Shown here piece by piece: positions 14,816-27,200 of a stretch of 64,000 nucleotides of DNA (its first letter is position 1; the number at the start of each line of letters is the position of its first letter). The position numbers were made by a program, and so were the translations under genes. The stretch is from Octopus vulgaris (lineage: Eukaryota): positions 17,980,001 to 18,044,000 of the forward strand of contig OX597818.1 of the NCBI GenBank assembly GCA_951406725.2, written 5' to 3'. The notes beneath the pieces were generated by a model. That model worked only from the letters and a program-made list of their open reading frames with translations. It searched no databases and was not told the DNA's origin.

Positions 14816-15949
14816 GTATACCCTACAGGTTTTTTGAAAAGCCTGTTTACTCAACAAGTTCAGGAACCCCCACTACAAACCAAAATTAGGAACTGCTCCT
14901 TTATCACATGCCCTTGGCAACATCCACATACACAATGACCACATCCTATCAGTCACTATTACATCCACTTGGTCCCTACCAACTGCGTCCTTTGTATTTT
15001 TTTGACCTTATGTGGACATTTTATTTATTATACAAATGAAGATCTTTAAATGAAATGGTTGAACAAGAAGTTACTTATTATTACTATTACTATTTAATGC
15101 ACAAAGTTTTGTGAAAGTACCTAGGGTGCTTCATTCACGATCATTAGATTTTGAGTTTGATTCCCAGACTGGGCAGTGCATTGTGTTCTTGAGCAAAACA
15201 CTTCATTCCATGCTGCTCTGTGATCATTTTGACATCTGACATGTGGCACCCTTGTGCATCTGTACAGACAATATTGATTTGATGGAGGGAGTGAGCTAAT
15301 GTGTACAGCACATACATTTTATCACTATAAACAAATCATTTGTGCAGGTCATTCAGCAAAAACTGACCACTCACATGTTATCTTTGATGGGAGATTCCAT
15401 CATTATCATTCAACAGTTTCAAGCAAATTTCCACTGCATCACCTGGTACACCTCCATGTTCCTGAGATGTATGCAGCATTGTGAGTCCTTCTTTTTGTTG
15501 GTGGAGTACACTCTTCCCATTACTGTAATGCATCAGTTTGCTTTGTTGTGAGGTTTGGCTTGAGTCTTTTGTTGCATTAGTACTGGTATTGCATCTTGTT
15601 ATTATTATCATTATTATTAGTAGAATTAGTAGTGGTATCAGCAGTGACAATAACAATAACAGTAGCAGTGTTCCATTTGAAATTCAGCTATACCAAATTC
15701 CAGGTAATGTTTCTGAGTTACTTCCATACCTTTCTTCATGTGATTTCGCTTTTCTTGTAGAGTTGGAAGCAAGATATAAATGAGTGAGAAGAGTCAATAG
15801 TTCCAACCAACCAACCAACCAGCTAAGTAGCCAGCCAGGAAAGGGATTGGTTCATGAAGTAAAAGAAAAGAGATGGGAGCTGAAGGAAAACAGGAATTGG
15901 TCATGAATAAAAAGTTCTGTGTATACATAAAGAGCTGAATATATGTGTG

Positions 15950-15992
<43 letters not shown>

Positions 15993-16246
15993 GTATGTAG
16001 ATGATACTGCAATAATGAAAATCCAACAAACAAAATACAAAATTAAAACCAAGTATTAATTATCAGAAAGTCATGATAATAATAATAAGAATCAACACTA
16101 GAAAACAACAAATTTTTTTTTTCCCACAATTATTATTATCAGTATTATTTTTTGCAAAAAATATCCTATGTTCTATGAACTTTTCTACAAAGCCAATATT
16201 ATGTATTGTGCAATAATGATGATGATGATGATGATGTTGATAATGG

Positions 16247-16872
16247 TTTCTTATATAATACAAGACCAGAAATTTGAGGGGAGGGGTTAGTCGATTGAAT
16301 CGACTCTAGTACTTAACTGGTACTTTATTTATTGAGTTCCCTATTCCCCACACTGGAAAGATGAAAGGCAAAGTCAACCTTGGCAAAATTATATGAACAA
16401 TTACAAATAATAGCTCTTTCTTGTTCTGGCACAAGGCCAGTAATTTTGAGAGGAAGAATGGGGGAGGGAGTGCAAACTGATTACATTGACCCTGAAAGGA
16501 CGAAAGGCAAAGCTGACCTTGGTGGCATTTGAACTGAGAATGTAAAGCCAGAAGTAATGCTCACTAAGTAGTTTGTCTGGCATGCTAATGATTCTGCCAG
16601 CTTGGTGCCTTAATACAACTATTATTACTACTACTACTACTACTAATAATAATAATAATAATCCTTTCTACTATAGGTACAAGGCTTGAAATTTCAAGGG
16701 AGGGGATTAGTTGATTACATCAACCCCAGTGCTTGACTGGTATTTATTTCATCGACCCTGAAAGGATGAAAGACAAAATGAACCTCGGCGGAATTTGAAC
16801 TCAGAACATAAGGACGGACGAAATGCCACGAAGCATTTTGCCCAGAATGCTAACAACTCTGCCAGATCACTC
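16247..16872 (-). mobile_element. Cluster of three head-to-tail family-B SINEs
   Basis: aaaggcaaag(t/c)(c/t)(a/g)acct-like core repeated at ~16365, ~16505 and ~16775, separated by ATT/ACT-rich tails. Confidence 0.8.
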
Positions 16873-18116
16873 ACTTCTAATAATAATAATGATGATGATG
16901 ATGATGATGATGAGTTCTTAAATAGGCACAAGGCTACACATTTGTAGGGTAAGGGGAAGTGGAGGGCTGTTTCAGTTGGCTCAATCAACCCCCACTCCCA
17001 AGGTGGATAGCCGCCAAAGATGATCTTGGTGAGATCTGAATCAGACTTAGAAGAGATGACACTTCAACACCACAACATGGCATTTAGTTCAACATTTAAA
17101 AAATTCTGCTATTATTAATCAACCTTACAATAATAATAATAATACAATGTGCAACATGCTACTCTAATTCCAAAAGTAACGTTAGCCAACACAGACTAGT
17201 TGAAAAACAAAGAAAAGAAAAAAATATCTACTTGAGGTTGCAAATTATAGGATTTGATATAGCTTTATGGCTAATACCAAGGCCCTGTGATTATTACAAA
17301 GACTCAGTAGTAACGTGGATATTACCAAGGACAAGTGGTTATTACCAAAGCCATGTAATATTACCAAGGCCATGTGATATTATTGCCAGAACTGTGTCAT
17401 ATTATTACCAAGGCTGTGAGATGTAGTTACCAAGACTATGTGATATTGTTACAAGGTTGTGTTATATTATTATCAAGGCTGGGTGGTTATTATTAACAGA
17501 TTTGCATGATGCTAATTATCAAAGCCATGTGATCATTAATAGGGCAGTATCATATTATGAAAATGGTGATAATATTATTTCCATCATTAACATTATTACC
17601 ATCAGCAGTAGCATTACCAGATCTATTTGAAATTACCAAGACTATTATTTACCAAAACTGAGTGATACTGTCAAGATGGTCAAAATAAATATTATTGAAT
17701 TTGTGCGGTATTACCACAGAATATAACTATGAAGTCCATGAAATAATTTGTCAAGGCTACAAAATATTTTACCAAGGCCACAAGATATTATCAAGGCCAT
17801 GAACATTATGAGGTTTTTGCCATATAACAAATATGTTGATATTATCAAATATCTAGTATTTCCAAGGCTGAATGATATGAAAAAGATGTAATTATTGCCT
17901 GAACTATGTGATATTACCAAAGCTGTGTGGTATTTCTGAAAGCTGTGACATTACCAAGACAATGATATAAATAATTATCAAATCTGTATAATATTAAGAA
18001 GGCCATAAGATTCTACAAAGTCTCTGATAATACTAAGACTATACATATTGCCAAATTGCATGGTGTTATTAAGGTCATAGGATATTTATGTGACCATATT
18101 GTAAAGGCCTGTTTAA

Positions 18117-18559
18117 CCATTTAGCATTTAACCCTTTCGCTACCAACCCGGCTGAAACCGGCTCTGGCTTTTTAGTATAAATGTCTTGTTTTCATAAGTT
18201 TTGAATTCAAATCTTCCACCAAATCTTAGTCACAATTTATGTTCCTAACACTAGCTTAATGATAACGATGTTATTTTACTAAATTCTTTGTTATATTTAA
18301 AATAATTGGAAGAAACACAGAGCATCTCAAAATAAATACAGTAACGAAAGGGTTAAACCAGCCACATCCCACCCAAATATTCTACTTGTGTCATGTTCAA
18401 ACCAGCCAGATCCAGCCTCTCACACTTACCCTACAATGTCACTCTAAAAAAACAATCATACCATTGAAATCTCCTAGGTATGAAATAATGCATGATTAAT
18501 TCAAAACAATGTGATTAAATAAGCATTACATTTGACAAAGTAATTTGAAATCTAAAGAG
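18117..18559. mobile_element. piggyBac-like MITE (outer), TTAA-flanked
   Basis: TTAA 18113-18116 + ccatttagcatt ... aaatctaaagag + ataa (degenerate TIR/TSD); interrupted by the inner MITE. Confidence 0.65.
18132..18352. mobile_element. piggyBac-like MITE (inner, 221 bp)
   Basis: TTAA|ccctttcgctac ... gtaacgaaaggg|TTAA; same TIR as the larger piggyBac elements. Confidence 0.9.
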
Positions 18560-19276
18560 ATAATACAACAAAACTGGTGATATTATAACTAAAATTTGTA
18601 GGATTATTATCCAAGTCTGTGTGATATGACCAGTGTTGGTGATGTTATCAAGGTTATTTGATATAACCAACATAGTAACATAAAGAATGTGTAGAATTTA
18701 ATAAAGTCACATTACCATATTTACACTGTATCAACCGGGCTGTATGAATTTATAAGACCTGTTTTATATCAGCAAGGCTGTATTATTCCCAAAGTTGTAT
18801 ATGATATCAACAAGTCTATGATATTATGAATAATGTATGTTATTACAAAGTTTATGTAGCATAATCAATGAAATATCAACCAAACTACATGATATTTCCA
18901 CTGATTTACTGATGAAGTGTAGCTTTATCAATGATGTTTTCAACTGAGATACAATATTACCAATACTATATTATTTAGTATAGCAACATCGTTATATAAC
19001 TATGGCTGTGTGATCTTAGGATGATTGTGATATAACCATAGGAATAACATTATCAAGTCATAAAGTAGTACCAAAATCAAAATACAAGAATGCTACTAAA
19101 GCCCCAGGGTATCATCCATGACCATGAAATTATGCTTGGGGATAGCATCATTGTAGGGTATACATATATATGTAGATACATACACACATGCACATAATAT
19201 ACATAATTTATATTCATGGATTATACGTATATATATATACACACACATATAAACACAAATACAAATATATACATAT

Positions 19277-19323
<47 letters not shown>

Positions 19324-19426
19324 TCATGGGCTTTCTTCTTTTTTTCTTCAGCAAGAAACTAATACAACATTTATCTAAAAACTTGCCCCTACCGTGTTGT
19401 CTTCTCTTTGTGCATGTTGCCTTCTT

Positions 19427-19479
<53 letters not shown>

Positions 19480-19486
19480 CATAATT

Positions 19487-19710
19487 ACAGGCATCTCAAA
19501 AGTAAATAGGTGGTCCTCCTTATACTGTTTTATCTCTGCAGGCACAACTCGTTAGTATCATGCCAAAATGGGTTAAACCATTAAATAGCTGCACAAGAGA
19601 TATCTACTAAATACTTAATTAATTATTTAAACGCATCAAATAACATTATCTTGATTATAGACATAGGTTTTTCAAAAATAGTGTCTATTTACTTTTGATG
19701 TGTGTGTGTA
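19487..19710. mobile_element. Tc1/mariner-type MITE
   Basis: Inverted ends caaaagtaaatag (19497-19509) and ctatttacttttg (19685-19697); begins ta|cagg. Confidence 0.5.
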
Positions 19711-19718
19711 TGTATATG

Positions 19719-19775
<57 letters not shown>

Positions 19776-20218
19776 ACACACACTAACACATATTTTAGTT
19801 ACTATTATGTTAAACTGTCGTATGTCCAAATTTGGCCAAATGTGTTTTTTCCAATATTCAATTTTGCTTGCAATTGCTGGTTCTTTTGGTCAAACTACAA
19901 TATCTCCAGCTGCTTCAGATGAATATTGTCTAAGTGTAGTGCAACAGTTTAGTATTTTTCAAAAGTGTAGTAAGCCCTACATACGATAGTTTTGCAAAAA
20001 TATTTCTGGCTGAAAACACCATACATGCATGTAGTTACGATTTTATGCACACACAAAGTATTATTGGTAAGCTGAAACTGTTGCTAATGTAAAAAGAAAT
20101 GGAATGGTAAAACTATTTTCTAGTTTTCTGAAAAAGAACATTTTGGACTTACGACATGTTTGCATTATAGCAATAATATGTGTGCGTGTATATACACACA
20201 TATATGTATATATGCATG

Positions 20219-20251
<33 letters not shown>

Positions 20252-21924
20252 TACACACACACACATAGTCATGATACTGCTTATCTATGTGATATTAATA
20301 AAGCCATGCCTTTGCAATATGAAAACAATATTACTAAAACCATGACACTACCTAGACAGTAGGATATTACTGCAGACTATGATATCCGTGTCTAACATTG
20401 GTGCATGGCTATATATTTCAGAGGAGAGTACAGTTTATTAAACCACTCTTTGTATTGGACTGGTATTATATTTTATCAACCCAGGAAGGACGAAAGACGA
20501 AGTTGACTTGGCTGCTCCAGTTTTCTGTCAATTCTGCTAATCAACCTACCATGATATCAATGTTACTAAAGCCAAGACAATCTCATAGGCTGTGATAATT
20601 TTATCCTGTGGGCTGTGTGATATTAACAAAGTTATAGATCATATTACCTTAACAACAATGTTATTTAAACCATGATATTACATTGTGTGATATCAATATA
20701 ATCATATTACCTTGACAACAATGTTATTAAAATTATGGTATCACATGGGCTATTTAATATTAACAAGAGCATTATATTACTTTGACAACAATGTTATTAA
20801 AGCAATGATATCATGCTGGCTGTGTAATATTAACAGAAACATGTTATTACCGTGAGATAATCTTATTATTAACACCATGGTTACAAGACAGGTTATGTGA
20901 TATACACAAAACTATATTACCTTCATAACAATGTTATAAAAAAAACATTAACTTGGCAATAATGTTATTAAATCTATTGTATTACATGGGCTGTGTGATA
21001 TTAACAAGACCATGCTATTACCTTCGCAATAAGGTCATTAAAGCTATAGTATCACATGGGCTGTGTGATATTAAGAGAACAATGATATTTCTATGGTGAC
21101 ATTGTCATTAAAATTATTGTATCACATGGGCTGTGTGACATTAACAAGAAATGATATTAACCATGGGATAAACATGAAAACTTGGGTTTCACATGGGCTG
21201 TGTAATATTAATATTAATCAAGACCCATGATAATACTTAACAACAATCTTACTAAGGCCATGATACCATCTAGGTTTTATGATATTAATTAATATAACGA
21301 TGACAATGATTTTCTTAAAGCTAACACATTACCAACAGTCAACAATGGTAGATAGCCCATATGATGTCACATGGACCATGTGATATTTCTGAAAGAGAAT
21401 TGAACAGTGTAATCGATTCAATTAATCAGTGTATTACTGGTATCTATTTTTAACCAAAAAGCAAAGTTGACCCTGCAAGGATTTGAATTTAGATGGGTGC
21501 AACTAAATTATCTACAACATATAGTCCAAATGCTCTACTATTTTTGCCAACTCACTGCCCTCTAGGCTGTGCAATATTAAGATGACCACAATATCACTAT
21601 GACAATGATATTATCGAGACTATAAGGCATTATCAATATTCTGACATTACCGATATCTCGATATTATCAACAGACAACATTAACCAACAACGCCATGATA
21701 CCACTTTAGGCTGTGTGATATTTAACTAGGCAGTTAGTGACATTATATACAAAGGCTCTATAGTATTCACCAGGGCTGTGAAAATAATAACAAGGCCATG
21801 AGATTATTACCAGGGTTGTGTGCGATATTATTACCAAGTCTATAATACCAAAAGTATCACGTTATCATGACAAGAACAAGAAGAAAAACAAAGAAAAAAA
21901 AGAACCAGGATAATTTGCTTTTCT

Positions 21925-22268
21925 TTTGAGATGAGAGGGAGAGAGGAGAGATAGAGAGAGAGAGAGAGAGAAATAGAAAGAGAAACAAAGAGAAATAAAA
22001 ATAAATTCAGAGGGAAAAGTTAGATTTGGTTAAATTCCTTTGAATTGTTGTTTTAAAATCAGTTTGGAGTATAGCAACTCTTTCTCTTAGTTCCTCAAAC
22101 TGTAGGTTCTTTTCTGAAGATGTTCATTATCTAAGACAGAGAAAGTATATATGAAAAATATATGTAGAGTGAGAAAGAGAGCCAGAGAAAAAGAGTGAGA
22201 GAGAGAGAGAGAGAGAGAGAGCAAGAGAGAGAGATAGATAGACAGAGAAAAAGAGAGGGAGAGAGAAG
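21925..22268. repeat. (GA)n-rich simple repeats in the presumptive 3' UTR/downstream region
   Basis: GA runs at ~21925-21995 and ~22170-22268. Confidence 0.85.
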
Positions 22269-22429
22269 AATTGTGGTTATTGTTTTCTTAGTCTTATTGC
22301 AACTCTTCAGATATGTTATTAATTTTTTTTCTCTTTTTTTTTTTTACATTTAGAATAATATGGTTCTTCATTCATACTGTACCCCCCCCATCCCCACACT
22401 TTAGTATTGTTTCCCCCCACTCAGCATTT

Positions 22430-23346
22430 TTATCGTCTTTTTGCTTTGCCATCAGTAACTCGACCCCACTTCTGCAGCCGTTGCACCAACTGTTTGCTGA
22501 CTGGAGGAATAGGATAAGAATCGCGAATGTGCAGGATACCTTTTTGGATGAAGTTGTAAGTGTTGGTTAGAGTTCTAGGGTATTGCATATTAAACACCCA
22601 ATATGCAGAGAAAAGGGCTGCAAATGCAATGGTGAACTCTTCAAATTCTTGGACAATCTGTTCTTCAGCAACAAGGAAGAACTCGTCGCTTTTGAAAATA
22701 GGACCTTTTGAGAGGAGCATAGGTACAATTCGACCTTTAGGGTCAGGCTCTTCCATGCTCCCTATCTCATAGACCATTTCTGTGAGATTTTCTCGCATAA
22801 GCATTGGTAAAAGGCAGAGTGCAGTGACCATGTCCCAATACTGTCTTAGAGCAACGTTCTCTTCTTTGACTTCACTGGCTTGTTGTAAAATGCCACTGGA
22901 TCCCGGGTAGTTACGAGAAAGATCAATAATGCCACTGGCATATTTGACACAATATTCTTGGATGGTATGGTCAATATCCAAATCTGTAACACGCTGAAAC
23001 TCAACGAGCAACTCCTTGTCAATGAACAAACATGGGTAGGTTTCCTTAATCATGGCAATAGTTGGTGCTTCAATAGTAATGAAGGATCGACGGACATCAA
23101 ATGTATTCTCCATATATAGGCGAATGTCACTGGGAGATTTGCTTTCCATTTCATCCCTTGATGACGAGGACGGCTTCATTTTCTTTTCATTTGGGTAGTC
23201 ATTGTTTTGGTCGGCAGAGTCAAGATCTTGTGAGACACTTGTTGATGGAGTTATGTTGTCAATACTACTAGACTTCCGTTTGCCTCGCTGTGACATCATC
23301 GAAGGACTTAAAATTGGCAACTCCAAACTCTCGTTTTGATATTTGG
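22430..23346 (-). CDS. Terminal coding exon of a SAMD3-C-terminal-domain-like protein (upstream exons not identified)
   Basis: Uninterrupted ~305-codon frame ending in TAA at 22430. Polypyrimidine tract and acceptor ttttctttctttgtattttcag at 23347+ (phase 1). Motifs YMENTFDVRRSFI, IKETYPCL, EFQRVT and AFAALFSAYWVFNMQYP resemble the SAMD3-like C-terminal region (recalled, not searched). Basic NLS-like GKRK and EKKMK are present. Confidence 0.85.
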
Positions 23347-24088
23347 CTGAAAATACAAAGAAAGAAAAACAAAAGTAAGCATTGGTAAAAGAAAAAATGC
23401 ATTAGAATTATTAAAAATAGCTTTAAAGAAACTATGACAATAAACAACTGAAGTAAAACTTTTAATTTTTATGATGTGCAAATTGATATTTCAATAGCAA
23501 AGAAGACAGAACTATTCTTATGAGATACAAAATGACAGAAGATATTATTTAAGTGATTTTACAAATGTTTAAACTAATTTTGTATCATACAGTGTTTGTG
23601 GTATAATTTTGAAGTTCAACTTAACTATTCCGACAGCTTTCCATGCACTTACAATTCACCTCTGATATTAAAACATTCCCTAATCCTGTTCTATGCTATC
23701 ACTCAATTTGCTAAAAATAGCAATCAGATCTCAAATCACACTCTTTAACAAAAAGAGAGGTCACATGAGATGATGAAATCCTAGATGAACACTCGCTGAA
23801 CAGTAAAAGGGAAAAAAATAGAATGAACAAAATTTGAGTGTCTTAGTTCGTAAGTCTACTTGTTCAATGTTGGCTCATGAGGGGGCATAGTGACAAAAAC
23901 AAACACTAAAAAAAAAGGATATTAAAAACATATATATATAGCAACACCAAACACATAGAATATCAAGGTTGCCATTGCAACAATAACAACATCAATGTTA
24001 TTCATAACAACAATCAAAATTGGATAGTTTGATGGTTCTCAGTCATTTGGCAATGAGGATTCAGTTGTTTGATTAATGGAAATACCAT

Positions 24089-24518
24089 TGTAACAGGATG
24101 AGAGATCTCCGCACACGATGGGTGCAGCTGGCATCCTTTACAAAAAATATTAATCGAAGAAAGAGTCAAGACTTCTGATTAACTTCAACAGTATAAATAT
24201 TTATTTCTTGATTTGCAATATAAACACTTCCTTCTTCTGGGCGAATTGGCAGCCTAAGAGCTTATCGGCAGTAGACAAATGGAGTGAGTTAATCCTGTCC
24301 ATTCAAGCATAGCGGAGAGGCGCTATGAGGTAGCAGCTTGAGAGAGCTGATGCAGACACAACTGTCTTGTTTAGCTGCTGGCATCCAAGAGGGTGATACC
24401 AGAGAATTTTGCTATGCTAGTTTTCTGCGCATGCGCATGAAGGAACTTCCAGCAGGCCTCCTGGAAGACTCCAACCCTGCGCATGCGTGCTGGAGATTTC
24501 CAAGATGGTGTCACTACA
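24089..24518 (-). mobile_element. Solo LTR (430 bp, Gypsy-like 4-bp TSD)
   Basis: TGTA...TACA termini; CCAT duplicated at 24085-24088 and 24519-24522. AATAAA on the minus strand at 24200-24205; GC-richer than flanks. Confidence 0.8.
24426..24509. promoter_or_regulatory. NRF1-type (TGCGCATGCGCA, TGCGCATGCG) and YY1-type (CAAGATGG) motifs in the LTR
   Basis: tgcgcatgcgca at 24426-24437, tgcgcatgcg at ~24478-24487, caagatgg at 24501-24508; motif match only. Confidence 0.4.
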
Positions 24519-25316
24519 CCATCTTATTAAATTAATGCTTAATTGGCTGAGCATTTCACAGATGTGTAGACCCTTAATGTAATTCTCAGAAAGAATCAGC
24601 AAGACACAGTGAGTGACAGGGCTGTATTTTTGAATTTACAGGTAAAAACCCATCTTATAAGTTTCTTTATAATTTCCATCTACCTAATTTCACTCACAAG
24701 CTATGAACTGAACAAAGGTTATAGAGAATGACACTTGCTCAAGATGCTACACAGTTGAATCAAACCCAAGATCTCAAACACAACAACATTAACTCTTAAG
24801 AGTCTTGTACTACAAGTAATTAAGCTTTGAAACTGCACATAGCAGAAATTCATGAAGCATTATTGTTTGGGGCCCAAAGTCAAGAACTAGTTTAGCCTCA
24901 GTTTAGAAAGAACTTTCGATCAAAAGACTTTCTGTTTACACCATATGTCAGTGTTTTGGGTTTTTTTTTTGTTCTTTTAAAGTTTATTCAGTTTCTTAGA
25001 TTATTTTCTTCTTTTGATTTTCAAGCATCATGGCAAATAATACGTCAAGTGGTGAGTTAGAATTCAGGGATATTTTGATAAATGATATCTAATTTATTAA
25101 TATTCATTAATGATTTAATTAGAGAAAGAGAGCTTGGACTTAAAAATAATCGGTGATTCAAGTTATTCTATCTGGAATTTATATCAGGATTATCAATTTT
25201 GAGCAGGAGTGGTGTGGTTATGTAATTGATCACTGCATTAGTGATGCACACCTGGCAAAACCTTGAATGTAGAAGCAAAAGTCATTCAGTTATTTTCATC
25301 AACATAATCTTGAAGA

Positions 25317-26842
25317 GATCTATCTTGAAGAATCTATCCGGAATCACAGTGTGGCTTTAGAAGAAGCAGATCAACTATCGATATGATATTCTCCATACGC
25401 CAACTTCAAGAGAAGTCCAGAGAGCAGAAAATGCCATTATATATGGCCTTCATTGATCTAACAAAGGCTTTTGACTCGGTAAGCAGAACAGGCCTCTTCC
25501 TCCTGCTCTAAAAAATTGGATGTCCACCAAAGCTGTTGAGGATCATCAAGTCTTTCCATGATGACATGCAAGGCACCATACAGCACAACGCTTCAACATC
25601 AGCCGCCTTCCAAATAAAAAACGGGGTAAAGCAAGGCTGTGTCCTCGCTCCTACATTGTTTGGCATCTTCTTCTCACTCTTACTTTCACATGCCTTTCAG
25701 ACATCAGATGATGGAGTGTTTCTGCACAGTAGAAGTGACGGGAAACTGTTCAATCTCTCGCACTTGCGTGCCAAGACCAAAATCAGAAACGTCCTGATCA
25801 AGGAGATGTTATTTGCTGATGATGCCGCTCTGGTAACACACACAGAAGAAGCCCTCCAAAGGCTCATTAACTGTTTTGAGCAAGCATGTAACGACTTTGG
25901 CTTAGCTATCAGCCTTAAGAAGACCAACATCATGGGCCAGGCTACATCGAACATCCCAAACATACATATTGGAGACCACAGATTACAAGAGGTGGAGAAG
26001 TTTACCTATCTGGGCTCTACCGTCACCTACAACCTATCCCTTGATGCTGAGCTCAATATATGCATTGGCAAGGCAGCTGCTGTGATGGCCCAACTCTCCA
26101 AATGGGCTTGGGACAACAATAAGCTGACCAAGACCACGAAAATGAAAATCTACCAGGCATGTGTACTCAGCACTCTACTGTATGGAAGTGAGACCTGGAC
26201 GCTATACACATGCCAAGAGCGTCGCCTAAACATCTTTCACCTGCGCTGCCTCCGAAAAATCCTCCGCATCAAATGGCAGAATCATATCCCCAACAAAGAT
26301 GTCCTCAGGCAAGCAGGAATACCAAGCATGTTTGCACTCCTCACACAAAGACGTATGAGATGGCTTGGGCATGTTAGCCGTATGAAAGATGGCAGAATCC
26401 CCAAGGACATACTCTACGGAGAGCTTGCTAGGGGTACTAGGTCTGTGGGTAGACCGATCTTACGTTACAGGGATGTTTGCAAAAGGGATATGAAGGCCTG
26501 CAACATCAATATTAGTGGTTGGGAGGCAGTTGCCGGCAACCGTGGAGAATGGCGACGTACAGTAAAAGAAGGAATACAAAAGAGTGACAGAGAGAGAGAG
26601 GAAAAATGGAAAGAAAGGAAGAGACGTAAACAAGAGACTATGGTACTACAACCAGCCAGGAACAGTCTTCGCTACATTTGCGGTACCTGCCAGGGGGAGT
26701 GTTTGTCCAGGATAGGACTACACAGCCACAGCAGGAAATGTATCAGGACATGAAATATAAAAGCCGGACTAGACTGAAAAAAAAAACAAAAAAAAAACAT
26801 GCGCAACTCCATTGTCTCCCGAGACAGAAAGGATGCCAATAC
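25317..26842 (+). mobile_element. 5'-truncated RTE-clade LINE with target-site duplication
   Basis: RT motifs and a 3' stem-loop tgtctcccgagaca (26813-26826). aatcttgaaga flanks the element at 25306-25316 and 26843-26853. Confidence 0.93.
25329..26753 (+). pseudogene. RTE reverse transcriptase, C-terminal part (one in-frame stop at 25509-25511)
   Basis: RIYPESQCGFR, AFIDLTKAFDSV, GVKQGCVLAPTLF, LFADD, FTYLGS, LLYGSETW, RWLGHV and a C-terminal CxxC..H..C motif. No endonuclease domain. Confidence 0.92.
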
Positions 26843-27200
26843 AATCTTGAAGAAATTTGCCAGAATGAACAATGAGACCACAAGGTATATACATGAGCCA
26901 TGTCAAATACTCTGTAACAGGCTAATACCATTTGCCTGTCCAAAGCAGTTTCATAAGTTTGACCTAAACATCCATACTTACTTTCAGACCTATAGTTAGC
27001 CCTTGCTTAACATGTTCTGAGTAATATAAAATTTTCCTTTCATAAGTCCAAAGTTACTCTGGTGGTTGAAAAAAATTAGGAATCTGCATCTCATATATGA
27101 TGTATCAATGCCAGGGAAATATGATCAGTTTATCCTGAGATACACAGGACAAGCAAAGGGGTTAAGGGTACATAGGTCAGTGGAAGGCTCAGTCAATTAA

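Larger units (their letters stand above)
17270..21860 (+). repeat. Degenerate tandem satellite (~20-bp unit ggctgtgtgatattaccaa; 70-bp higher-order unit), interrupted by MITEs and microsatellites
   Basis: gtgatatta/ttaccaag motifs recur through 17270-18100, 18570-19150 and 20270-21860. catgggctgtgt occurs at 20985, 21055, 21125 and 21192 (70, 70, 67 bp spacing). Confidence 0.8.

Noticed and set aside
20600-21300. Regularly spaced repeats suggesting a CRISPR array
   Set aside because: The intervening sequences are themselves homologous (tandem satellite), the context is eukaryotic and there are no cas genes.
22313-22772. Plus-strand ORFs overlapping the SAMD3-like exon
   Set aside because: Antisense shadows of the real coding frame.
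25536-26753. Active LINE or host RT gene
   Set aside because: 5'-truncated, no endonuclease, in-frame stop at 25509, and the ORF start is a non-ATG artefact.
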